Position numbers and translations under genes: made by a program
Assembly (NCBI RefSeq): GCF_963506605.1
Contig: NC_083288.1
Coordinates: forward strand, 28,892,001 to 28,956,000
Length of the DNA stretch: 64,000 nt
Direction: 5' to 3'
Source of the DNA: Zootoca vivipara
Lineage: Eukaryota
The notes under the pieces: generated by a model
Seen by the model: the letters and a program-made list of their open reading frames with translations, nothing else
Told to the model about the DNA's origin: nothing
The model's database searches: none
Shown here: piece after piece, positions 1 to 11,900 of the stretch
Layout: each line of letters begins with the position of its first letter
How positions within the stretch are numbered: the stretch's first letter is position 1

Positions 1-289
1 ACAACCCATTTGGCTGTAATTTATATTGTAACAGTTGCTTATTGAGCCAATAAACTAATTCCAATATCTGACAGAACTTGCATGCTTTTTGGTAACCTCT
101 TCTAAATCAAGGTAGCAAGATGTGATGCATTTCCCCTTCCTATTCCCTGGCTAAGTTTCACCACCAGATGTGGCCAAAGCATCTACAATTCTAAAACTGA
201 ACTATAGGCAGTTATTGCCTGTCTATAAAACAATAAACAGGGTGGCAATACAATGATTACTGCAATTGAAACAAGATAATACCACCAAC

Positions 290-1430
290 CAATTATGGAG
301 AAAGCTAGAGAGTTCCAGAAAAACGTCTACTTCTGCTTCATTGACTATGCAAAAGCCTTTGACTGTGTCGACCACAACAAACTATGGCAAGTTCTTAAAG
401 AAATGGGAGTGCCTGATCACCTCATCTGTCTCCTGAGAAATCTCTATGTAGGGCAAGAAGCTACAGTTAGAACTGGATATGGAACAACTGATTGGTTCAA
501 AATTGGGAAAGGAGTACGACAAGGTTGTATATTGTCTCCCTGCTTATTTAACTTATATGCAGAATTCATCATGCGAAAGGCTGGACTAGATGAATCCCAA
601 GCCGGATTTAAGATTGCCGGAAGAAATATCAACAACCTCAGATATGCAGATGACACAACCTTGATGGCAGAAAGCGAGGAGGAATTAAAGAACCTTTTAA
701 TGAGGGTGAAAGAGGAGAGCGCAAAATATGGTCTGAAGCTCAACATCAAAAAAACCAAGATCATGGCCACTGGTCCCATCACCTCCTGGCAAATGGAAGG
801 GGAAGAAATGGAGACAGTGAGAGATTTTACTTTCTTGGGCTCCTTGATCACTGCAGATGGTGACAGCAGTCACGAAATTAAAAGACGCCTGCTTCTTGGG
901 AGAAAAGCAATGACAAACCTAGACAGCATCTTAAAAAGCAGAGACATCACTTTGCCAACAAAGGTCCGTATAGTTAAAGCTATGGTTTTCCCAGTAGTGA
1001 TGTATGGAAGTGAGAGCTGGACCATAAAGAAGGCTGATCGTCGAAGAATTGATGCTTTTGAATTATGGTGCTGGAGGAGACTCTTGAGAGTCCCATGGAC
1101 TGCTAGAAGATCAAACCTATCCATTCTTAAGGAAATCAGCCCTGAGTGCTCCTTGGAAGGACAGATCGTGAAGCTGAGGCTCCAATACTTTGGCCACCTC
1201 ATGAGAAGAGAAGAATCCTTGGAAAAGACCCTGATGTTGGGAAAGATTGAGGGCACTAGGAGAAGGGGACGACAGAGGACAAGATGGTTGGACAGTGTTC
1301 TCGAAGCTACGAACATGAGTTTGACCAAACTGCGGGAGGCAGTGCAAGACAGGAGTGCCTGGCGTGCTATGGTCCATGGAGTCACGAAGAGTCGGACACG
1401 ACTAAACGACTAAACAACAACAACAACAAC
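290..1430 (+). mobile_element. 5'-truncated BovB/RTE-clade LINE with uninterrupted C-terminal RT ORF (295-1413)
   Basis: RT motifs FIDYAKAFD, GVRQGCILSP, LRYADD; BovB-type 3' end GTCACGAAGAGTCGGACACGACTAAACGACTAAA(CAA)n; 12-bp TSD AATACCACCAAC at 278-289 and 1431-1442. Confidence 0.95.
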
Positions 1431-1939
1431 AATACCACCAACAATGGTGCAGTAAATAAAGAGTTCACTTGTAATTGTTCAAGATATAATCTATTTTGGA
1501 AAGAAAAGAAATGAACAGTGAACCACTGATATATTACGAGTACAAGTGAACTCTGTATTTAAAGAAACTACTTTTGTCATTTTTATGAAGGTTTCTGGTT
1601 TGTTTACAGATTACTGCCTATCTAGCATGTTTTATTTATGTATGGAAATGCTTTTACCTTATGCTGGTCTAGGACCATAATAAAGATTTGGAATTTGGAA
1701 TGTACAGTTCTTGTATGTTACTTTAAGTGATGTATGCATTCATATGAACACTTTCCCCTAGTATAAAACAACTGGAGAAATGTGAATTTCAAATGGTGGC
1801 TATATTTTAATTTGTGTATTGTTTTGGAAAGTGCAAATTTTGCAAATTTGCCTTAAAATGTGATGTGAAAACTTCTCCAGTCAGGCATTTAAAAGCTCAA
1901 GTGCATATTCCTAATCTGATAAATAGAAAAGAAAACTTC

Positions 1940-2045
1940 TATTCAGATGTGATAAACATGTTTTCTTTTGCAATTCCACGGGGAATTCCCACATTTGACT
2001 TCATATCACACACCCCTTTATGTATAAAAGCTATAATTAATTTCT
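1940..2045 (+). promoter_or_regulatory. Conserved upstream module of V2R gene A
   Basis: CAGATGTGATAAACA (1944), TTCCACGGGGAA (1974), TAATTA (~2033); same motif order upstream of B, C, D and E. Function is inferred. Confidence 0.6.
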
Positions 2046-2333
2046 AAAATCCACTGCACAATTACAGTTTCCCCTTAGAGAGCTAATAACACAAACTGAG
2101 AATGGCACAAAAATGCCCTCTAGCAATCACAGGTGTGATGAAGGACTAGGAACAAGCATGCATACACCACTCTTATAACTTTACTTATACTTTATATCTT
2201 GGAGTAATTCAAGCATATCATCATACTGACTGAGCATCCAAGTCAAGTCACCGTAACCACAGAGAATATCATGATAATGATGCAGGTGGAAATACAGAAG
2301 AATCTGGACGTAGAGTGAAAGGCGGTGATCAAT

Positions 2334-3102
2334 ATGGTAGTATTAGTTGTCTTTCTGCTAATACTGCTTTCTCATATTGCCTCTGAGGATCACTATGCTA
2401 AATGCAGGGTCCATGCTCCATACCCTCCACTCCAAAAATATCATCTGTCAGGCAACATCATAATTGGTGGGATTGTTTCTCATAGTTTCACCAGTGTTAA
2501 TTCAGTAGCCTTCACAACAGAACCTCCAGCACCTTCATTTGAAGATCTTTTGTAAGGAGCTAATTCTTTCTTTCTGTTGTTTTGTGGTTTTGTTTTGTTT
2601 TGTTAATTGGTCTTAGTCTTAGAAGCTGCAGTCTCATAAAAATGTTTTTTTGGACTGTAGAAAAAGCTAATACGTTTAAGGGAAAGCTCCACCTGGAAGA
2701 AGATGCACTGGTAAAATAGTTCCCCCACCATTGTAACAGTATTGGTCCAAATATCCCTCTTCAAATATGACTACTACTGTTACTATTATTGTTAAAATTT
2801 GATCATGTGAGATTCTATCATTTGTTACATCTCTTTTGAACTTAAGGTAAAAAAAAAAAGAGCAGGAAGAAATTTTAGCTCTTCTTTCCTTTACAAACTC
2901 CACCTCACTCATTTCTACCCCATGGTTCCTTTCTTTCATCATATACATGCTGTCTCCACTTGCACTTTTGCTGTGCTTTTCATTTCTTCTGATATTTCAG
3001 TTACTTGGCTTCAAACACAGCACTGTTTATTTGTTTCATTTTATTTACATTACCACAACTATCTTAATGTATCCTGAATGTAAAATAGACTCATTTCATA
3101 TT

Positions 3103-3144
<42 letters not shown>

Positions 3145-3902
3145 TTTCTTTCTTTCTTTTTCTTTGCACGACTGTGTTTCTTTGAAAGAATATTCATAAT
3201 CATAGTAATATATTTTATCAATACCAATATTTTGAAGAGAAATACTCATGTTGTTGATTGTTTAATTTTCCCCACCCCATGAATAATACAGATAAAGCAG
3301 ACACAGAACAAAATGGCAATAACTTATTAAGGTATGTCTGATTGTAGTTTTTAATCTTGTCCTAGTTTTGTGCCTAAAAATTACCAGCACATCCTGGCCT
3401 TGGCATTTGCAGTACAGGAGATAAATGAAAACCCTCAGCTATTACCAAATGTCACCTTGGGTGTCTGCATCTATGACAGCTATTTCAATGCACAGAGGAC
3501 TTATCATGCTACTATGCTACTTACATCCACATTGGAGATATTTGTCCCTAACTATTTATGTGACACCCAGAATCATTTGGTAACAGTCATTGGAGGACTA
3601 GATTCAGATATTTCTCTTTATGTGGCCACTGTATTGGATATCTACAAAATTCCACAGGTAAGGTACAGTATGTGTGCATATGAGTATTAAAAATAATAGT
3701 GGTAAAATGAACAGCTTGTGAGCACAAATGCTTTTTTTCACATTCTATGAGAATGTGCATATAATATTTCCAAGCGGAAGAAATTATGCCTATTTGACGA
3801 TCAGTGTTTACCTATTCATTAGATTTGTATCTCAACCCTTCTCTCATGGGAGACAAATAGTAGAAATAATACAAGTTAAAATAAAATAGAAAATACTTTT
3901 AT

Positions 3903-3945
<43 letters not shown>

Positions 3946-5452
3946 TACTCCCTGCGACGAAAGTCCTTTACTTTCCGTCTTATAACTTTGACCTTTCAAT
4001 TATTAAAAGCACTAACAGGGATTTCTGAGGTAAATCAAACCTCCCACTTATCCCTCTAGCCTTTCTTTAAACCCTCTAGCACTCGTAGGTTTTCAAAAAT
4101 AAGAGAGTCCTCTTCCAGCCTAAACGTGGCCAGTTACCTATATAGACTCGGGGCTATAAGTAAGACTGTTCCTATGTGTACTCAGATAAGGGTTTCACTT
4201 CACTAGAAACTCCCTTACTGTAAAGCTAGCCTCCTTCCTGAGGTAACTTTATTATCATCCAGAACTTGTCTCCTCCTTTAGCCCCCCTCCTTTTCTTGGT
4301 GCACTCTCAGCCACAAACTAACCTTTCTCCTCTAAAAGGCAGTTTTGACAGTTTAAAAGAGTTCCCCACCAACTGGGTTCCTGGATACCTTAGCTGGAAA
4401 ATGAAATAGACGATTACTGGTATGACACTTTAAAGATTTATTGGCTTGAATCTTAATGGTTGCTTTCTGGTATCATTGGTACAAACTTAATTTCACAGGT
4501 AACGTTCTTGGTAATCAAATAACAGAATACCTATCAACTACTTCATCTACTCTAAGTCTACCTTCTCCACGACCACCCAAGCTCCCCCACAAAAACCGCC
4601 AACTGACATAATGGTTCCCCTTTCCATTTAAACCCCATGCAGGCCACGCCTCCCATGGAATGTTGCTGTCAGTTAACCAGGAGTCTGGGTTAACCCTTCG
4701 ATAGGTCGGTTGCGAAACAAAAACATAACATAACAGTTTCAAATTCACCACACTCCCCAACCCACAATGCATTGAATGGCTCTCCAACAGGTACACAGTG
4801 TTAGGCTTGTTGGTGGTCATTTGAGGGAGTATACGGACTGTATCATAAATGCCCCAACTACGGTAGCTATAATCCCTGTGATTACTGTTTTTGGGAATGC
4901 TTCCTCTTTCCCTCTGACGCACAGAGGCAGATGTTAGTCAGGGAGACAAAGAGCTGGGGTGCAAATATTCTTGACTTGTTAGGTCAGTTATTGTGATAGT
5001 ACGCAGGGGCCAGGGGACTGGATTGTGAAGGAATATTGTATGTATAAAAGTCCCACTTGAGAATTGGTGAACATTACTAGGAAATAGGAGGAGAGCCCAC
5101 AAAAGAAAAGGTAAGTTGATACTAAGAAGATTCCTAGATGCTGAAATAAGAGAATAACATACCGTAATAACATAATTTAAAATAAGTAAAGCATTTATTA
5201 AAATTCAACAATAAGAATTCCCCTCAAAAACCACCCCAGCACAATATGTGTAGGGAAAATCCCAGAAGGGGTACATCCCATGAAACTGTCAAATTTTATC
5301 TATTAAAGGACAGGGTAATGCTGTGTAGCCTTACAATATGGCAGAAGTTAAGCAACAAAGATGCTAGATGCATCTATGTGGTGAGGTTGTTGCATAATTT
5401 AGGAGTTACCAGAGAGAAATCCCTCTCCCATTGGGAGGAACTATGAAAACAC

Positions 5453-5504
<52 letters not shown>

Positions 5505-8500
5505 TTCACTCACATCTCCTCTTTCATCTTCAGCTAACATTCAGTCCTGCACCAGTGATGAATGATAAAACCCCAGGCCTTTCCTTCTACCAGATGGTCC
5601 CCCAGGAAGCCCTTCAGTATGAGGGAATTCTCTCTCTGCTTCTGCATTTTGGGTGGACGTGGATTGGAGTCATTGTTATGGATAATGATAATGGAGAAAG
5701 ATTTGTGCAAACTGTGCTTCCAGTCTTTTCCCAGAAGGGTGTTTGTTTTGCCTTCATAGAGAGAATCCCCACATTTTCTTTTATCACTGAATTTATGGAC
5801 ATCATAGAAGATGGGGTCAAAATAAATGATAATATGCTGGGCAGCAAAGCAAATGTAATAGTGATCTATGGAGAATCTTATTCCATGTCATTTTTCAGAT
5901 GGCTTCCATTTTTATCTGTTGAAAATAAATTAGGGGGGAAAGTTTGGATAGCAACAGCCCAGGTGGAGTTCAGTGCATTTCACTATCAAAGGCATTGGGA
6001 TGCAGAACTATTCCATGGTGCTATAGCCTTCAGATATCAGTTCAGTTATTTACAGACATTTCACAACTTTCTTAAGAACAGAAATCCTTTAAATACAATA
6101 GAAGATGATTTTATAAAGAAATTCTGGGAGACCTTATTCAGCTGTGTCTTCTTAAATACCATTGGGGACCATGTGGATGGAGATATTTGCACAGGAGAAG
6201 AGAAGTTGGAGAGCCTCCCTCTCCCTTTGTTTGAAATGAGTATGACTGGGCACAGCTACAGTATCTATAATGCAGTCTATGTAGTGGCCCATGCTTTACA
6301 AGCTATGTTCTCATCCAGAAGGACATATGGCACAGTGTTAGTCAGAGGAAGACCTCAACTTCAAAATCAACCGTTTGGGCAGGTATGGGCATTCTCATGC
6401 GGTAGCATACTGTATTTTGAAGGTAACAAAAGATACTAATTTGTCCATAAAACTCTACCTATGCTGATATTTTCAGCTTTCTTCCTCTGCCCGCTGCACA
6501 TAAATGAAAGAATAGCCTATGATTCAGTCAGCCTTCCTTTTCTTTCTTTCTTTTTTCTCTTTTTCTTTTGTATATGAACCTACTGTAAATACAGTGTAGT
6601 ATGGGTTATGGGTACTCATTTTCTGATTCGTGTAGAATGATGGAGGACCATTTTTTTCTGCCAATTCTTCTTCATCCTCAATAGAGTAATATTTTTATTA
6701 TGCTATTGTCTTCAGAATGCAGTCAGGAAAATGCAGGCCGGGAGTTTTATAAATTCTTTTCAAGTGTCCGTTTTAAGTTCAACTTTTTACACACTACTAT
6801 ATAAATTCTGGCACGCGGGTGATGCTGTGGGTTAAACCACAGAGCCTAGGGCTTGCCGATCAGAAGGTCGGCAGTTCAATTCCCCGCGATGGGGTGAGCT
6901 CCCGTTGCTCGGTCCCAGCTCCTGCCAACCTAGCAGTTCAAAAACACCTCAAAGTGCAAGTAGATAAATAGGTACCGCTCCAGCGGGAAGGTAAATGGCA
7001 TTTCTGTGTGCTGCTCTGATTCGCCAGAAGCAGCTTTGTCATGCTGGCCTCATGACCTGGAAGATGTACACCGTCTCCCTCAGCCAATAATGCGAGATGA
7101 GCAGTCAGGACTTGACCTAATGGTCAGGGGTCCCTTAACCTTTTTATATAAATGCTGTTATTTATTTATCTTCTTTTTGTCTAGCTCCATCACTTTCTCA
7201 GAAGTGTTTCCTTTAATAACAGTGCTGGGGACCAGATTTCTTTCGATCAAAGTGGGAAAATAATAGCTGGATTTGATGTTATAAACTTGATCGTTTCCTC
7301 CAACCAATCCTTTCATAAAGTGAAAGTTGGTAGGCTTGATCCTCAGGCTCCTCCAGACAGAGTGTTGACCATCAATGACAAGGTCATAAGATGGCACAGC
7401 TTGTTTAACCAGGTAAGAACTGACTGTCAGCGCCTTGCAAACTGTTTAATAGTTCAGTGAGTTTTAAGTCACTATTCTCACCTGGCTAAATAGAATGAAA
7501 TAAAAATTTAGCTCTAAACTGCCTTATGTCCCTGGTGGAGTTTTTTGTGGGGTCTAGGTCACTAGTCTGACATGCAATATTTAAAAAAGAAATTTCATGA
7601 TTTAATGAAGTAGAAATAAAAAACTAGTATATGCAAATATAAATAAAACATTAATTATATGCAAACAAGCATAAACACATTTGTGTTTAAAGTTTTTCAA
7701 GGTAACATCAAATCAAATCCAGCTGATCTATATTACAGCCCTATCCAATAAATCACAGATTTCAGGAGCAGTTCTATAGCATAATGCACCAAAATGAGCA
7801 GAGTTATGATCCAGTGGATCTCTAGGTGAACTGAAAGGTTCCTGGCATCGTAATTTATCCCAATTGTTCCCCTCCTTTCAAAATAACAATTATGTTATAC
7901 CCACATGTGCAATAACTTTTGTAAACAGCTTTGAGGTGTTTTTCAATCAAAAAGTGAATACATTTTATGAAATAGATAAATATGCTCCAGCTATTTATAA
8001 TTTCTCAGAACGTAATGTCTTAATTATTCTCTAAGAAACAACTAAAAGTCCCCAAAATCTTAAGAATACGAAGTTCATTTTTCTTGACCTTTTTCATTTC
8101 TGGATTAGGTACAACCTTTTTCTGTATGCACTGAGAGTTGTTATCCTGGTTATAGCAAGAAAGTGAAGGAGGGGGAGCCATTTTGCTGCTATGATTGCAT
8201 TCCATGTCCTGAAATGAAGATTTCAGCTCAAAAGGGTAAAACACACACACTTTACAGGTTTTCAATATCGGATTAGAAAAGTATAGTTCTGAGGGATAGA
8301 CAGTGTGGTTTGTTTTTATTCAATGTTTGAAATGTGATAAAACAACTTGACAGTACGAAGATATTTCAGATTACTCTGATCCCTATGGTTACTATTTTTA
8401 TTTGATCAGCATCTCTTTCAGTTAAATTTTGCCTGATTCTGAATGTTTCATCAGTGGTTTTTAACTTGCTTAATCTCTAATATCATTTTCCTTCAGTCCA

Positions 8501-8955
8501 TAGTCCAAATTAACCAGAGGAGCAGAGCTTTTCAATGGCATTCTCACTAACCAGTTGAGAAGGTTTTTCAATTGCTGAAACGAACTGAGCTTGTTGGATC
8601 GGCCAAGTTTTGGCCACATAATTTCCTCTAGTTATTGTTAATGTTACTCTTTGTTTATATGTGGTGTTTGGGCCACAAAGGCTCCCAGGTTGCTCAAATG
8701 GGTTGGCACAAATAATACAACTAAAAACAATTTAAGAAAAGAACATATTGACATCTTTAAAAATGTGAGAGGAATCTAATGTCATCAAGTCTCATCTATC
8801 TAATTTTCCTCAAAGCTTGTGACAACAATAAGCCACTGAATGCTAGGTTCTAGAGAACGGAAAAACTTCAGGAGACTAATAGAAAACTTAAAACAAAGTG
8901 CAAACATAGGAAGTGAAGTGCTGAAAGCAATGGTTCATATATGCATTTTTGTGGA

Positions 8956-8998
<43 letters not shown>

Positions 8999-11900
8999 GC
9001 ATCTCCCTCCCTCCCTCCCTCTCTCTATGTATATCAACATGGAAATGGTATGAATCATATAAATGGCTGATTCATTAAGATACCTTGAAGATTTTAAACA
9101 AAAAGACAGTGTAGAAACACTTTAAAAGATTAAATAATACAGTGCCTCTAAGAGGAACAGTTATAATATTAATTGCTAAGATTTAGTTAGCAATATAATA
9201 GTTAGCTGTACAATGTAATATTGCTAATATTATGGCAATGACACTGAGTCAACATCATTTGTCACTCTATATGATGACCTGTGTCAGGAGGGAAACAGAG
9301 CAAATGGGTCCCTGTAAATTCTCCCTGAGCTTGCTTTCAACACAATCAACCATGTTATACTTCTGCCCAAATTGGGGGTGGGCAACATTGCTTTGCAGTG
9401 GCTACAGTACTGCATGGGTGGTCCTTTCCAGAGGGTGATGCTGAGGGAGTGTCATCCGGCCTCAAGAGGACTTCAATGTAGGGTTCCGTAGGGTTTGATG
9501 TCATCTTCCATTCTGTTTAACATCTACATTAAACTACTGAGTGGACCACATTGTCAGCAAAATGCTGACGACACACAGATCTATTTCTCCTTGACATCTT
9601 CAGGCGTGCCAGTGGATAGGCTGGCAGTAATGGACTGGATGGAAATTTATGAATTGGAGCTCAATCCAGATAGGAATGAGACATAGTTAGTGGGTGGTTC
9701 CATAAACTGATTAGATGGGAGGCTGTCTGCCCTTGGTGGGGCTATACTCTCTCTGAAAGAGCAGGTATGCAGCTTGAGGATAATTCAGGGTCCGTTGCTG
9801 TTGCTTGAGGATATGGTGGCCTCATTGGTATGGAGCCAAGCTGTGCCCTTATCTGGATAAAGGTAAAGGGACCCCTGACCATTAGGTCCAGTCGTGACTG
9901 ACTCTGGGGTTGCGGCACTCATCTTGCGTTATTGGCCGAGGGAGCCGGCGTACAACTTCCAGGTCATGTGGCCAGCATGACAAAGCCACTTCTGGCAAAC
10001 CAGAGCAGCGCACGGAAACGCCATTTACCTTCCCGCTGTAGCAGTACCTATTTATCTACTTGCACTTTGACATGCTTTCAAACTGCTAGGTTGGCAGGAG
10101 CTGGGACCGAGCAACGGGAACTCACCCCGTCGTAGGGATTCAAACCGCCGACCTTCTGATCAGCAAGCCCTAGGCTCTGTGGTTTAACCCACAGCACCAC
10201 CCGCATCCCCCCTTATCTGGATAGGGATTGCCTATATGCTCCAGTAACCTCTAGGTTAAATTACTGCAATGCATTATACATGGGACTGCCTCTGGAACCA
10301 GTTCAGAAACTTCAGTTGGTGCAGAATTTAACAGCATATGACACCAGTTTCGGCCTGACTGCAGCGGCTGCCAATTAATTTCTGGACCCAATTTAAAGCA
10401 TCATTTTTTACCAATGATGCCTTAAATGGCTCTGAACTATAATACTTCAAGGACCACCTCTTCCAATATAAACTGACCTGGACCCTGCAGTCATGATCTG
10501 GGTCCCTTCATAATGTGCCCTTACCACGAGAGGTCTGGAGAGTGGTAATACAAGAATGGGTATTTTCTGTGGTGTCTCCCTGTTTTTGAGTCTTGTATGG
10601 CACCTGTTCGTTTGAGATATATAGGGGGGGGGGGGCAAGTACACTTTGGTGAGAGAACCCCAGCAGAGGTTTAAAGAAACAAATTATGCAGCAAAATAAA
10701 CATAGAAATACATGCTGTTGGACCTTTAAAATATGCCCTTCTGTTGTTGTTTTTTAAAAAACATTTTTTATGATTTTTCCAAATTATTACAGATCAAACC
10801 AAATTACTTTAACACAATTTCTTAAAATCAGGCTTGCTGGTTTAATACAATTTCTTACTTTGATTTAATACAATTTCTTACTTTGATTTAATACAATTTC
10901 TTAAAATCAGGCTTCCCGCTCCTGTTCTAAACATATGTCAGTCATTTCATATTTAGTGTCCAGTTGTCATCCTTCACTTGCTGTTAAACCATTCTTCTAA
11001 CTGACCGACTTTTCCTCCTTACAAACAGTCCCTCTGTTACATTTTATAAATATAAAAGCAGTCCTTAATATACATTTCAGTTCCAGACCTGGTATGCTGG
11101 GAGAGTTCATTACTATCTTCCATTGTTCAATTCTCTGCAGTGTTTATCTTGATGGTACAAGGTCACATTCCATTCCTTCCACTTTTTTCAGACTAGCATA
11201 TGAGCCACAGCCATAAGTAACTCACAGGGTGCACTTCCAGCTTCCACCATTAAAATTTCCCTGTAGAGTTCTTTTTTGGAACACAGTTAAAAGCAAAATC
11301 TTTTCTTAAATTCAGCCTCTTTTCCACATCTGTTCAGCTGCAGCTCATTCTCCTCCCTCCACTGCATTCTTCCAACAACACCCCCAGTCCAGATAGTCAT
11401 AAATAAAACCCATTCAGCCTCTATCAAGAGGCGGAGGCATAGCAAAACCATATTAAATTCATTGTTGAGCATAAATCAAAAGCCTCCCCCCTCTTTTTTG
11501 AGGTTCCAGGCAGAGTAACAAAGCAACAGCTATACACGTCTCTTTCATTGTGCAGGGGAGGACAAAAAAATCCCTTTCCCAGCTGTTGTAGGGATTTTCA
11601 AGCTTCAGGAAAATCATTCAAATACCTTCAGAAAGCCTAGCCCAGTTCTTTTGACAGCTTATTGATTGTAGTCCATTAGCATATGTCAGTCCAGGAGCAC
11701 CTCTTGATTAAAGCCAAGTATCCAGACTAAGAAAGAACCCTCCAGAAATCATGGTGGTAATGGAGGCTCGTCCATGGCAGGGACACACTCAGGGACGTAG
11801 GAAGATAGGGGTGGGCCGCCCCTAGCGGCGGGCTGCAAGGGATGCCATCGTGGGTGCCCGCCCCCAAAACGACCCCCGCCCCCTTCCGGGAGGCACACCA

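Noticed and set aside
444-1385. Minus-strand ORFs of 135 and 171 aa
   Set aside because: Antisense shadows of the BovB RT ORF.
10810-10915. Short ~23-bp tandem repeat
   Set aside because: Ordinary slippage duplication in AT-rich intronic sequence.
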